Below, one piece after another: positions 9,001 to 16,472 of a DNA stretch of 64,000 bases. Below the pieces are notes generated by a model. It made no database searches and had not been told where the DNA came from. It saw only the letters and a program-made list of their open reading frames with translations. Where the stretch lies: NCBI GenBank assembly GCA_040877595.1, contig JBBDNM010000062.1, positions 10,911 to 74,910 on the forward strand, written 5' to 3'. The translations under genes were made by a program, and so were the position numbers. Positions within the stretch are counted from its first letter, which is position 1. The number at the start of each line of letters is the position of its first letter. This stretch comes from Gemmatimonadales bacterium. GTDB lineage: Bacteria; Gemmatimonadota; Gemmatimonadetes; Gemmatimonadales; GWC2-71-9.

Positions 9001-11498
9001 ATCACCGAGATGGTGCCGGCCAGGCCGGCCGTGACAAGCCCCGTGCCATCAATCGTCGCGACGCTGGAGTCGGTGGTCTCCCACAGGACCGCGGTCGCCA
9101 CCATCTGGCCGAGGCTGTCGGTCAGGGTGGCCGTGAACGGCGCGGTGGCGCCCGCAAACGTCAGGGTAGTATCGGAGGGCGCGATCACGACTGTCGCGAC
9201 GCGCTGGTCCACCACGAGCGTCGCCGTGTCGGCGGCAATCCCCGTGGTGGCGATCACGCTCACGGTCCCGTTGGCGATGGCGGTCACAACGCCGGCCACA
9301 TCAATGGATACGATGCTCGAGTCGGTCACTTCCCACGTGAACACGGCGCCGACGATCACGTTGCCGCCGGCATCGCGCGCCACGGCCGTGAACGGCGCGG
9401 TGGCGGTCAGGGCGTGCAGGGAGTCGAGGGCCGGCGCCACCAGCACGGACGCGGCGGCGCCAATCGTGATGTTGAAGGTGGCGCTTGTGGCGGCGGCCAG
9501 GCCCGTGGCGGTGGCCTGCAGGGCGTAGTTGGTGCCGGCGCTGTCAATCGAGAGCCCCGTGAACGTCGCGACGCCGGCGACAGCGGCTTGGGACATCGTG
9601 CCTGACAGCAGGGCGCCGCTCGTGCCGGTGCCGCCCACGATGGCCATCGTCACTCCGTCGGTAGCTCCGGTCGCGACGTTGCCGTACTGGTCATGAATGG
9701 CCACGGTAGCATTCAGCGCCTCGCCCGCGTTGGCCGTGACCGGATCGGTTGTGAACGCGAGCTGCGTCGGCGTCGCCGGGGTTACCGTCGCGGTGAAGGT
9801 CACCGTATCCACGGCGGCCAGGGCGGCGGTGACCGCATGGGCGGTCCCGGCCAACGTGCCCTGCGTCCACTGAATGGCGGCGCGCCCGTTGGCGTCAGCC
9901 GCCGTGCTGGCCGCGCTCGTGCTACCGCCACCAAGGGCAACGGCCCAGGTCACCACAGCGCCGGGTACCGTGTTGCCGAGGGCGTCGGTGGCGCGCACCA
10001 CCAGCGAATCGCCGAGCACGGCGGCGGCCGTGTCGGTCTGCGCGTTGCCGGCCAGGATCGTGAGCGTGGTCGCGGCGCCGGGAATCGCGGTGGCGGTGAA
10101 CGTCACGGCCAGCGTGTCCATCTCCGCGGCCTGCGGAGCGTTAAGTGGCGTCGCCTCGTCGCGGAGTCGCGTGGTGTCGGTGGGCAGGGAGCCCTGATGG
10201 GTGACGCTCACCGTCTGGGGCGCCGTGCCAATCACGAACGCGCGCAGGCTATTTGGTCCGACAATCGCGCCGAGGCTCCAGGAGCCCACGGTGGCGATGC
10301 CGGACGCGTTGGTGGTGGCCGCGGCACCGGTCAGGATCCCGCCACCCTGCACGATCTCGAACGTCACGGACGCAGCTGGCACCAGGTTGCCGTGCGCATC
10401 CGTCACGGTCACCGCCGGCGACACGGCCACCGCGACACCGGCAACAGCCGTCTGCCCGTCGCCCGCCGCGATCGCGATGGCGGCCGGGTCACCCGCGATC
10501 GCGGTCGCAGTGAAGTCGGTGGTCAGGCTCGGGGCAACAGCCACGGTCGCCCGCGTGGTCTGGGCACCGGCCGCGCCGCCCAGGCGCCAGGTCGCGCGCG
10601 CATCCCCGCTCGCGTCCGTGAGCGCCGAGTCGGGCGTCACCAGCCCGCCACCCGCCGTGGCGGCGAACCGCACCCAGACACCCGCCACCCCCAGGCCGTC
10701 GGTCGCGGTCACGCGGGCCACGAGCTCCTGCGCCAACAGACTGTCCACGATCGCCGTCTGGGCGTTCCCTCCCTGCACGGCGATCGCGCTCGGCGCGGGC
10801 TGGATAGACGCGGTGACCGTGTCGGCCTGATTGGTGAGAAGGCGGGCGACCACCAGTCCGGTCCCGCGGGTGCCGCGCGCCCGGATCAGGCCGTTGGCGG
10901 GGTTCGGCACCACGACGCGCGCGGTATCCAGCGACTCCCAGGCAATCGGCGTGTTGGGGATCGGGACGCCCGCGGAGTCCAGGGCCTCAGCCACCAGCGT
11001 CACGGAATCGCCCGCCAGCAACGGCACGGGTTCCGGCCCCAGGATCCGGACGGACGCCGCCTGGCTGCCGACTCCCACATACGTGATGGGGATGGACACG
11101 AGGGGCGGCGGCGCCGTCCCGCTGGTGGGGGTGACCGGCACCGGCCCGCCGCGGAAGACCACGACGCCGCTCGTGTCACGCAGCGCCACCTCCAGCGTGA
11201 ACGTTTCGCTGGAGCTGAACATGGCCACAGTGACCACGAGCTCCACGGAATCCTGGCCGACCGCGAGCTGGATCGTCGTGTCGCGGGCAGGGAGGGTGTC
11301 GGTTGACCGGCGGATGACGAATTGGATCGAGCTGAGCGGGATGATGCCCGCGAACTGGCTCTGGAACAGCGGCGCGATCCCGAACCGCCCCTCAATACTC
11401 GGGGCGGGACTGACCGAATCCGTACAGCTCGCGATCAAGCCCCCCGCCGTGAGCACGGCGAGCAACAGGGACAAGCGGCGGGCCCGGCGCGCGGCCAT
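1..11498 (-). CDS. Giant surface lipoprotein / adhesin-like protein, >3832 aa, C-terminus lies beyond window start (lipoprotein signal; Ig-like Big-type domain array; beta-helix-like repeat modules)
   Basis: I hand-translated the complement frame whose codon upper coordinate is 2 mod 3. Sampled stretches were 3-143 (..DSAITGGTLRVAAYFRQFSTTNTRSFAPSGGHTTVFRGDTVDYLMDD), ~5570-5760 (ASDFSFPNTGRIELVGTTLTVVAGDSIVLPRFAHTSGTLTGDGWLTVTDSLLWSAGTHAGTGT), ~8280-8400 (FWAEPVSGSWNDPARWNTGLVPTALDTVRIIASGSYVV) and 10830-11498. No stops were seen. None of the seven minus-strand ORFs listed in 1-11500 is in this frame, as expected for one ORF with no in-window stop. The ATG is complement(11496..11498). The N-terminus MAARRARRLSLLLAVLTAGGLIASCTD has a lipobox (LIAS|C). 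Downstream come repeated Ig-like segments (..VTATDGLGVAGVWVRFAAT.., ..DSSVATIDGTGLVTAGLAGTISVIATA..) and then G/T/V-rich beta-strand repeats. Confidence 0.85.
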   Translation of the reverse strand, partial: MAARRARRLSLLLAVLTAGGLIASCTDSVSPAPSIEGRFGIAPLFQSQFAGIIPLSSIQFVIRRSTDTLPARDTTIQLAVGQDSVELVVTVAMFSSSETFTLEVALRDTSGVVVFRGGPVPVTPTSGTAPPPLVSIPITYVGVGSQAASVRILGPEPVPLLAGDSVTLVAEALDSAGVPIPNTPIAWESLDTARVVVPNPANGLIRARGTRGTGLVVARLLTNQADTVTASIQPAPSAIAVQGGNAQTAIVDSLLAQELVARVTATDGLGVAGVWVRFAATAGGGLVTPDSALTDASGDARATWRLGGAAGAQTTRATVAVAPSLTTDFTATAIAGDPAAIAIAAGDGQTAVAGVAVAVSPAVTVTDAHGNLVPAASVTFEIVQGGGILTGAAATTNASGIATVGSWSLGAIVGPNSLRAFVIGTAPQTVSVTHQGSLPTDTTRLRDEATPLNAPQAAEMDTLAVTFTATAIPGAATTLTILAGNAQTDTAAAVLGDSLVVRATDALGNTVPGAVVTWAVALGGGSTSAASTAADANGRAAIQWTQGTLAGTAHAVTAALAAVDTVTFTATVTPATPTQLAFTTDPVTANAGEALNATVAIHDQYGNVATGATDGVTMAIVGGTGTSGALLSGTMSQAAVAGVATFTGLSIDSAGTNYALQATATGLAAATSATFNITIGAAASVLVAPALDSLHALTATAPFTAVARDAGGNVIVGAVFTWEVTDSSIVSIDVAGVVTAIANGTVSVIATTGIAADTATLVVDQRVATVVIAPSDTTLTFAGATAPFTATLTDSLGQMVATAVLWETTDSSVATIDGTGLVTAGLAGTISVIATAHGVADTATLTVGQTVASVVITPDSTDLASLTDTVRLAATAFDLSATVVPGATITWTSLSPALASVDANGLVTALANGVALVEAASDTITDTAQVVINQVAARLAFDGQPTTALLGVTIAPVITVTVRDALGQLLTTATDSITISLLDTAGAGGILSGTLGVLAVSGQAAFDDLSVDNAGGGYQLVATAVGLAPDTSATFDITFPPTGAFWAEPVSGSWNDPARWNTGLVPTALDTVRIIASGSYVVTVGSGVSAAAAVLEVGSSATVSIEGGTLTVDTAGLFGPTTTLALSSGTLTGPATITIDGDLLWSGGTMSGTGVTLVTSTNSATLTGTATKALNTRTFRNFGTVVWDGGWWQLTGSNPTQVVNEAGATIDAVGGRRLTWGTTNAGKSFVNDGTLLGAGDSVDVLFTHNGTVSVASGLFVIQEGGTLRGTVDVVDSAALRVQDAPVTVEATFEYPGAGRVELLNSTLTLPSGDSLAFSRFIQSGGTLEGDGTLTVARFAQSGGIFQGSGTLTVTDSLIWSAGTQSGSGTTQVSGGAVAYLTSTSTKALSTRTFRNFGTVVWDGGWWQLTGSNPTQIVNETGATIDAVGGRRITWGSTPTGKSFVNDGTLLGSNDSVDVVFTQAGTVSVEAGRFVIQEGGTLGGTVDVADTAILRIQDGPVTLDGTFTYPGTGLVELVSSTFTIPAGDSLALLRLAQLGGILQVGRPLTASEFVQSGGSVEGDGTLTVTDTMTWSAGTQRGTGTTILASSATAHFTGGSTKVLDTRTFRNFGTVVWDGGWWQLTGSNPTQIVNETGGTIDPVGGRRITWGSTNAGKSFVNNGLLLAESDSIEVSWTQQGTVTVAAGGPLVIMGGGTLGGTVDVDPASVLRFQSVPVTFASDFSFPNTGRIELVGTTLTVAAGDSIVLPRFIHTSGTLTGGGWLTVTDSLLWSAGTHAGTGTTYIPVGATAVLTSTATKFQNQRTVHNAGLIQLDNGVWRLDGSNPTTLLNLGTLELVGARTIEFGTTPTGKALVNDGVLLAADGGTIDVPFTQNGQLTVGPAVLDLLEGATLGDTVDVDPAGVLRFQSVPVAFASDFSFPNTGRIELVGTTLTVVAGDSIVLPRFAHTSGTLTGDGWLTVTDSLLWSAGTHAGTGTTYIPVGATAVLTSTATKLQNQRTFANAGLVRLENGIWRLDGSNPTAVLNSGTIEFVGARTMDLGTTPTGKLLQNDGVLLALSGGTIDVPFTQNGQLTVGPATLILDEGATLGDTVDVDPAGALRIQNVSVVFASDFRFPNTGRVELINNTITIAAGDSIVLPRFAQSGGTVAGDGALTVTDSLLWSSGTQTGPGTTYLSATATTLMTSGNTKVLSQRTFRNAGLVQLVTGIWRLEGSNPTSVVNTGTIEFLGTRTMDWGTTPTGKALVNDGTVRADSGGVIDVAFTQTGLLDVGPFALTLDGGGTLGGTVDIDPAGRVRFDGVSGTAFGFGGDVAFPNSGILELVNGTLTAAAGDSIVVPRFHHSSGTVTGDGAFTVRDSLHWTAGTHAGIGTTYIAATATAIVPSTNIRTINQRTFRNQGVFRIPDGGVVRLEGSNPTTILNEVGATWLMQGSADVDWGTTSVNKLFVNDGLLWSLAGVGNGNRFDVGLIQNGVLRADTGTTTLDRDPFTPSAGSRLEGDGTLNLLAIDPDTLFGTIDPGASPGRLTMVGDVVFDASVILLAEASGPVPVSGHDQLVVDGVLTRGGTLDVQLFYTPTVGDRLAVLVADSTVGAFGNVLLPAIEGIALDTLTVIVAGGPDTLLVLAGSSVASSMEFTVQPANAPETQTLSAIQVALKDASGNTVTSDDTTQISIEFPNLPQGPVLCQICPPVLSGTKTVTVVDGVATFNDLSVDRFVSGVTVRVVTAGLDSAVSGEFIITPTGMTDLWTAAAADGDWANPANWDDGTAPTSGDNVFVPWSAPNYPTVGALATVGDLIVEIGASLTIADAVTLTSLGVVDGGISSIAGPGVLELGGTGPLGVKGVLPSLLITGARQATGGITVNGDLTIAGAGADLEVNASVTVTGNLATQTGGTLTQTVGTVLRVDGSVTMAGGSTAGRLTAGDLSIGGDFTQTGTSNAFRASGTHRTTLDNPTLATVHFDTPGTTTDSSGFGHLSLSADSTHFTSTAWLDSSLVVSANARVGSPGVLGVLGNVTAGSGSGLSVSALTVGGSLSVSGDYDVANTIFAGATQTIPLGLPYQALTVNGTASLPGNLTIGAGLTVDPSGTLNIGTSDITVPTDVAAGGGGVTGSTGRVIMTGSAGGEVLQGTVVNLEIQDSIVLGGRTTVTDSAVVSAGYLDLNGATFDVSTGTFLTRGTGTFIMQASDSLLAGNLSFGGGSTNGLLTSGRVVSTGTSISLGVSGDSAAYYAFGNHVTELASISAPTSIAMGPGSQIHHLEVTGGANNFTTTPIRIAGDLTVSDGQFTPNTADLIDVGGNLVTTGSGYIIMAAFATIRVAGDAAFNGATGLWQSGTLNVLGNFTQTDTGSSTSFAADSSFTTILRPNAIVSFTTPGPAASHFGHVRLTRSANQGDSISLASDVYTHRVSVQDSAGGGPVIVGGPGALAVRDSLILSGVNLEGAIVRPRRVNLEGVLHFTPSSSNIFQPDTAVFLGVAGPQLMPADGAYRTVIVRGDSVVADEVSSFSMDRLVIDGGGLFALTGSFAGVTVNGDLITADSGTLHMAFPEGALTVLGNVVFGGGSTAGRLLNGTMVVGGDFTQLSGASDSSFHATLDHVVSFQSASPRGNHILTFSDATGASRFATLAFDPPAEDSITLASPVRAARVFISDFESGGAHVEVTGLFPLVSDTLHLLGVGGGTAAITTLRAVVSSHIELDDAGGSGNVALAPDTIELAGPMTLTSPPFSNVVVTDSVVLNGTSNVASLHVGGSGLVRCDSCTINTTTFATRESGRLLQSSAMEINADTVIFAGASTDSAITGGTLRVAAYFRQFSTTNTRSFAPSGGHTTVFRGDTVDYLMDD
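4387..8030 (-). repeat. Six tandem coding repeats (units ~594, 585, 585, 593, ~642, ~640 bp; 195-215 aa modules) inside the giant gene
   Basis: The phase marker atgtaggtcgt(g/c)cc recurs at 4387, ~4981, 5566, 6151 and ~6744, with more diverged copies near 7386 and 8025. Plus-strand shadow ORFs 4987, 5575 and 6160 start with near-identical peptides (MPVPACVPALQSSESVTV..). Shadow ORFs 6160, 7105 and 7747 share ..WVGLLPVSCHQPPSHTTVPKFRNVRV... Adjacent 585-bp copies appear roughly 85-90% identical by eye over the first ~250 nt. Confidence 0.85.
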
Positions 11499-11587
11499 GC
11501 AATTCCAATGGGCGGGAGGGTCAGCAAGTTTGCACCTGCGGACCCTTATCGGCAAGCAGCTACGACGCGTTCCGGGTGTGAGCTACA

Positions 11588-13447
11588 TCACGAAACGGTG
11601 CCGAGCCGCTCCAGCCAGAGATACTCGTCGGCCAGGACACGCCGCGCCATCTGGTACACGTCGTCGTCGTCGTTGTCGAAGAGCCGGTCGAACCGGTCTT
11701 CGATCCGGCGCCGCGCCAGCTTGGACGCCACATCGGCCAGGGTCGCGGCCTTCTCGGCAAAGGCGCGCTCTTCGGCCTCGGAACTCGTGCGGAGACTCTG
11801 GGCCTTCACACACACCGCCGTGATGGCAAACAGCTCGGCCCCGATGTCCACCAGTCGGGCCAGCACGCTCTGACGCTTCTCCAACCCCGGCCCGAACCGG
11901 ACAATGGCGTGGAACAGTCCGCGCGCTAACCGCCGTGATGTGCGGTTCACATAGCGGATATGCGCGGCCAGCTTGCCGAACTCGCGGTAGCGCGGCCAAC
12001 GACCCCACCCCAGCCAGCGGGACGGATACCACCACCCATAGAACAAGCCGGCCGACACCAAGCCCTTCAGCTTGGCCCCCATCGAGCTGTCGGCTTGGGC
12101 CAGACCGCCCGCCACCTTCAAATGCGTGTCCACTGCCTCGCGGGCGATGAACAACCGCATGATCTCGCTCGAACCTTCAAAAATCAGGTTGATGCGGAAG
12201 TCGCGGAGCATGCGTTCGACCGGCACGGGCTCCTCGCCGCGCGCCTTGAGTGACCACTCGGTCTCGTACCCGCGGCCGCCGCGCACCTGGAGCGTGTCGT
12301 CCACGATACGCCAGCCGCGCTCGGTGGTCCACATCTTGGCGATCGCCGCTTCGAGGCGGATGTCGTAGTTCAGGTCGTTCATCATGACCGCGATTTCCGA
12401 CATCGCATCCATGACCCAGGCATCGGCCGCGATGGCGCCGATCTTCTGTGCCACGGCATCGTGCCGGCCCACCGGCTGGCCCCACTGCACGCGCGATTGG
12501 CCGAACTTCCGCACGTACTCGACACACTTCTTGGCGGCCCCCGCCGCCACCGACGGAATGGACAGCCGCCCGGTGTTGAGCGTAATCAAGGCGAGCTTCA
12601 ACCCCTTGCCTTCCCCCAAGAGCACGTTGTCGGCCGGTACCTTGACGTTGGTGAACCGCATCACCGCGTTCTCGATGCCGTGCAATCCCATGAAATGGCA
12701 GCGCGTGACGACCTCGACGCCTTCCCACGCGGTCTCGACGATGAACGCCGTGATGCCTTTGGTGGTCTTGGCCATCACCACCATGATCTCGGCGATGGAC
12801 CCGTTGGTGCACCACAGCTTCTCGCCGTTCAGGATCCAGTGCTGGCCGTCCGGGGTGAGCTCCGCCGTCGCGGTCATCCGGGCGGGGTCGCTGCCGACCG
12901 TGTCTTCGGTCAGCGCAAAGGCGCTCACGGCACCCTTGGCGAGTCGCGGGAAGTATTGCTTTTTCTGTGCATCCGTGCCGAACAGCTTGAGCGGTTGCGG
13001 CACGCCAATGGATTGATGGGCCGAGAGCAAGGTGGCGATGGAGCCGTCCACGCTGCCGACCAGGGAAATGGCGCGGTTGTACGTGGTTTGCGTGAAGCCC
13101 AGGCCGCCGTACTCCTGCGGAATCTTGATGCCAAACGCGCCCAGCTTTCGGAGGCCGTCGATGACCTCGGGCGGCACCTTGCGGTTCCGGTCAATGGCGC
13201 TGGCATCCACCGTAGCCATGAAGGCGGCGAGCTGCTTGAGCCAGGGCTTGGCGCGCGCTTCCTCTTCGGCATCCACGACATCGGGCCAGGGGTGAATCAG
13301 GTCAAGACGGAGCGTGCCCTCGAAGAGCGAGCGCACGAAGCTCGGGGCTTTCCAATCTTTCTGGCGGGCCCCTTCGGCGACGGCGCGCGCTTCCTTTTCG
13401 GACACTTCGCGCACGGGCTTCCGGGTATCAGCAGCGACGGAGGTCAT
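11588..13447 (-). CDS. Acyl-CoA dehydrogenase family protein with long C-terminal extension (VLCAD/ACAD9-like, 619 aa)
   Basis: This is the lower part of track ORF 11588..14209. Diagnostic peptides include ..GAFGIKIPQEYGGLGF.., ..AFALTEDTVGSDPA.., ..LNGEKLWCTNG.. and ..LQVRGGRGYETE..IFEGSSEIM... The chosen start MTSVAADTRK is ATG at complement(13445..13447), preceded by GGAG 7 nt upstream. The upstream 254 codons of the ORF are Arg/Gly-rich and overlap a convincing plus-strand gene. Confidence 0.85.
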   Translation of the reverse strand: MTSVAADTRKPVREVSEKEARAVAEGARQKDWKAPSFVRSLFEGTLRLDLIHPWPDVVDAEEEARAKPWLKQLAAFMATVDASAIDRNRKVPPEVIDGLRKLGAFGIKIPQEYGGLGFTQTTYNRAISLVGSVDGSIATLLSAHQSIGVPQPLKLFGTDAQKKQYFPRLAKGAVSAFALTEDTVGSDPARMTATAELTPDGQHWILNGEKLWCTNGSIAEIMVVMAKTTKGITAFIVETAWEGVEVVTRCHFMGLHGIENAVMRFTNVKVPADNVLLGEGKGLKLALITLNTGRLSIPSVAAGAAKKCVEYVRKFGQSRVQWGQPVGRHDAVAQKIGAIAADAWVMDAMSEIAVMMNDLNYDIRLEAAIAKMWTTERGWRIVDDTLQVRGGRGYETEWSLKARGEEPVPVERMLRDFRINLIFEGSSEIMRLFIAREAVDTHLKVAGGLAQADSSMGAKLKGLVSAGLFYGWWYPSRWLGWGRWPRYREFGKLAAHIRYVNRTSRRLARGLFHAIVRFGPGLEKRQSVLARLVDIGAELFAITAVCVKAQSLRTSSEAEERAFAEKAATLADVASKLARRRIEDRFDRLFDNDDDDVYQMARRVLADEYLWLERLGTVS

Positions 13448-13540
13448 CGCGGAACTCCAGGCAGGAGTCAGAGGGATCCAACGCGTCAAATATAGCCGCC
13501 CCGTTGCGCACTCGGCGAGGGTGGGGCCAGATTCCCCGCT

Positions 13541-14185
13541 GTGAGCGACCCTCAGCCACTGTACCCGACCCGCAGCGCGGCAGGCGCCACGCTCGGCCGG
13601 CTCCTGACGGGCCGGGTGCGTCCGCCCGCGGTGTTGCTGGGGATCACCCCAACCGGGGTGGAGATCGCCGCCGCCGCGGCCCAGGCCATGGTCTGCGGTT
13701 TTGACGTGATCGTGGGCGCCTACGTGCGGTTGGAAGGGATGGGCATTATCGGCGCCGTGGCGGAAGACGGCGACGCCGTGATTGACCGCCAGTTCGAACC
13801 CCGCTTCAACATGCTCGAGACGCTCGACGCGGCCATTGACGCCGCCCGCCGCGCGGTCAAGACCGAACGCCTCCTGTTCCGCGGTCAGCGGCAGATGCGG
13901 TCCCTGGAGGAACACACGGTGGTTGTCGTGGATGGGCACGTGATTACGCCATGGAAGATGCTCGCCGCAGTCGAAACCGTCCGGAAGCTTGGGGCCGGCC
14001 ACGTGATGGCGGCGGCCGCCGTCGCCACCCAGGCGGTCAAGGAACGGATGAGCGCCTACCAGTGTGATCTCGTGTGTCCCTCGGTGGTCCTCGACCCGGG
14101 TGGCCATGCCAAACCCTTCGGCGACCCGCAGGATCCGAGCGCGGAACGGTTGCGGAGCATTGTTGTTGCTCGCCAGGCGGCCTAG
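13541..14185 (+). CDS. Phosphoribosyltransferase-like protein with degenerate PRPP-binding loop
   Basis: 214 aa. The layout ..AVLLGITPTGVEIAAAAAQAM..DVIVGAYVRL..GAVAEDGDAV.. followed by VVVVDGHVITPWKM matches the type I PRTase-like fold family (usual motif VILVDDGxATGxT). The acidic pair and TG loop are not conserved. Confidence 0.55.
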   Translation: MSDPQPLYPTRSAAGATLGRLLTGRVRPPAVLLGITPTGVEIAAAAAQAMVCGFDVIVGAYVRLEGMGIIGAVAEDGDAVIDRQFEPRFNMLETLDAAIDAARRAVKTERLLFRGQRQMRSLEEHTVVVVDGHVITPWKMLAAVETVRKLGAGHVMAAAAVATQAVKERMSAYQCDLVCPSVVLDPGGHAKPFGDPQDPSAERLRSIVVARQAA

Positions 14186-16472
14186 TTCCGTCCTGCTGGG
14201 CCTCTGCATCGCGATAGGCCTTTCCGCTCAACAGCCCGGTCCGCCAACCACCGGCGGGGTCGCCCGACTCGATTTCCTTCTGCAACATCTGGCGGAGACG
14301 CGCCGTGTCCTGATGATCGGGGCCCACCCCGATGATGAAGACACGGAGCTGCTGACCTGGGTGACGCGCCACGTCGGTGCGGACGCCGCGTATCTCTCCC
14401 TCACACGGGGGGAAGGCGGCCAGAACCTGATCGGCGACGAACTGGGCGTGGCGTTGGGCCTTTTGCGGACGCGGGAACTGGAAGCTGCCCGCGCCATTGA
14501 CGGGGCCCACCAGTTCTTCACCCGCGCGTACGATTTCGGGTTCACGCGCTCACTGGAAGAGACCGAGCGCTTCTGGTCCACCGATTCCATTCTCAAGGAT
14601 GTGGTGCGGATCATCCGACGGTTCCGGCCGCATGTGATCGTCACCGTGTTCAGCGGCACGCCGCGCGATGGGCACGGCCAGCACCAGTATTCGGGGCAGA
14701 TGGCGCTGCGCGGGTTCGCGGTGGCCGGCGATCGGTCCGTGTATCCCGCACTGATGACCGAGGAAGGGTTGGAGCCGTGGACGCCGCTCCGTCTGTTTCG
14801 CGCACGCGCGCCGCAGGCCGAGGTGACGCTGGAGATTGATGGTGGCGTCATGGACCATCGGGTGGGGAAGACGATTCACCAGATGGCCATGGATTCCCGC
14901 AGCCAGCATCGATCACAGAACTTCGGGTCACTCCAGACGATCGGTCCGACGACGCTGCGGCTCGCGTTGCTGGAGGATCGCACGGGGGCGGGGAGCGGGA
15001 GCCTGTTTGCCGGGGTGCCCATCGAGGAAACGCCCGTCACCCGCACGGCCGACTCGCTTCGTCGCCACCTGGCAGCGGCCAACATGCCGGCGGTGGTGAT
15101 GGCGCTGGCCAATACCCCCGGTGTGCCGGCTGAGGTCATCGCCGTGGCCCGCGGGCACCTCCGCGACGTTCGCGCGCCGCAACCGGTGGTGGCCGCCGAT
15201 GCCTCCGTTGAACTGGTGGTCGAAGAATGGGCGCCCGGCGATTCAGTTCTCCGGCGCGCGACGCGTGAGTGGCGACCGTATACGGCATCGAACCCATACT
15301 TTCTGGACCGCCGGATGAACGGGGCCATGTACGACTGGTCGTCGGTTGATCCGGCACATCGCGGGCTCCCGTTCCAGCCGGGACCGACGGCCACGTTTCG
15401 ATTGCGCGACCAGGTGCTGGGTGAAGTGCGCCAGCAGGTGCGGGTCGTGCCTCGCATCGGTGTCGCGGCGTCCCCCGAGATTGTGATCTGGCCTGACAAC
15501 GATTCCTCGCCGCGGACCATCGAGCTACAGATCACAAGCTACCGGCAGGATTCGATCACGGTTGACCTCCAGCTGACCACTCCCGGCTGGTTGCTCCCGA
15601 TGGTGAAGGCGATCTTGCTGGCCCCGGGCGAATCCCGGCAGGTCCCGGTGCGCCTTCCAGAGCCCCCGTCGGCCCGCGCCAGCTATCCTGTGCGGGTCTG
15701 GGTGTTCGCGCAGTCGGAATTGCGTGACAGCGCCGTGTTCTTCCGGGACGTGCGGTTGATCGACTATCCGCACATCGCGCCGGTTCAGTATCTCCCGTTG
15801 ACGGAGATCCAGGTCGCGGTGGCACCCATCACGCTTCCCGAGTTGCGCAACGTCGGATACGTCCGAGGCGCCGCCGACCGGATCCCGGAGGTGCTGACGG
15901 GCATTGGCCTGCCGCTGACGGTGCTCGATTCTGCCGTGCTCGCGACCGGTGACCTCTCGGTGTTCGATGTCATCGTCGTCGGTCCGCGCGCGTACGAAGC
16001 GGATGCGAACCTCGTGCGACACAATGCGCGCCTGCTCGCCTACGCGCGCGACGGCGGACGTCTCGTGGTGCAGTACCAGCAATACGAGTTCGTGACGGGC
16101 AACTTCGCGCCGTATCCACTGACCATTCGCCGTCCGCACGACCGCATCACCGACGAAACGGCGCCCGTGCGCCTCCTCCAGCCCGACCACGCAGTCTTCC
16201 GTACGCCGAATCGTATCACCGATGACGACTGGCTCGACTGGCCGCAGGAACGCGGCCTGTATTTTGCGGGTACATGGGACGACGCGTATGTGCCGTTGCT
16301 CGAGATGCAGGACCCGGGGCTGGACCCGGTACGCGGAGGCCTGCTCACCGCCCGCGTGGGCGCGGGCTCCTTCATTTATACTGGGATCAGCTTCTTTCGG
16401 GCGATTCCGGCGGGGAATGCGGGGGCGCTTCGGTTGTTTCTGAATCTGTTGGCCTTCCGAGGTGAACCATGA
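14106..16472 (+). CDS. Large secreted PIG-L (LmbE-like) family deacetylase with C-terminal glutamine-amidotransferase-like domain
   Basis: Motif VLMIGAHPDDEDTELL..SLTRGEGGQN..GHGQHQ is the PIG-L/LmbE signature. The signal-like segment is LLLLARRPSSVLLGLCIAIGLSAQQ. The start is uncertain: ATG 14106 overlaps the upstream gene by 80 nt, TTG 14160 gives a cleaner signal peptide, and track start 14064 is less likely. Confidence 0.8.
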   Translation: MPNPSATRRIRARNGCGALLLLARRPSSVLLGLCIAIGLSAQQPGPPTTGGVARLDFLLQHLAETRRVLMIGAHPDDEDTELLTWVTRHVGADAAYLSLTRGEGGQNLIGDELGVALGLLRTRELEAARAIDGAHQFFTRAYDFGFTRSLEETERFWSTDSILKDVVRIIRRFRPHVIVTVFSGTPRDGHGQHQYSGQMALRGFAVAGDRSVYPALMTEEGLEPWTPLRLFRARAPQAEVTLEIDGGVMDHRVGKTIHQMAMDSRSQHRSQNFGSLQTIGPTTLRLALLEDRTGAGSGSLFAGVPIEETPVTRTADSLRRHLAAANMPAVVMALANTPGVPAEVIAVARGHLRDVRAPQPVVAADASVELVVEEWAPGDSVLRRATREWRPYTASNPYFLDRRMNGAMYDWSSVDPAHRGLPFQPGPTATFRLRDQVLGEVRQQVRVVPRIGVAASPEIVIWPDNDSSPRTIELQITSYRQDSITVDLQLTTPGWLLPMVKAILLAPGESRQVPVRLPEPPSARASYPVRVWVFAQSELRDSAVFFRDVRLIDYPHIAPVQYLPLTEIQVAVAPITLPELRNVGYVRGAADRIPEVLTGIGLPLTVLDSAVLATGDLSVFDVIVVGPRAYEADANLVRHNARLLAYARDGGRLVVQYQQYEFVTGNFAPYPLTIRRPHDRITDETAPVRLLQPDHAVFRTPNRITDDDWLDWPQERGLYFAGTWDDAYVPLLEMQDPGLDPVRGGLLTARVGAGSFIYTGISFFRAIPAGNAGALRLFLNLLAFRGEP

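Noticed and set aside
130-11306. Long plus-strand ORFs over the first 11 kb (e.g. 894..2117, 2565..3947, 5076..7547 at 823 aa, 7755..9605, 9693..11306)
   Set aside because: Their translations are Arg/Gly/Ala/His-rich or Ser/Pro/Thr/Val-rich low-complexity strings in mutually overlapping frames, typical of antisense reading of a high-GC gene. The complement frame gives one continuous, domain-like protein with a proper lipoprotein signal.
13448-14209. N-terminal 254 codons of the 873-aa minus-strand ORF 11588..14209
   Set aside because: The segment is Arg/Gly/His-rich, has no similarity to the acyl-CoA dehydrogenase fold and overlaps a coherent plus-strand gene. An internal ATG with a GGAG SD gives a normal-length enzyme.
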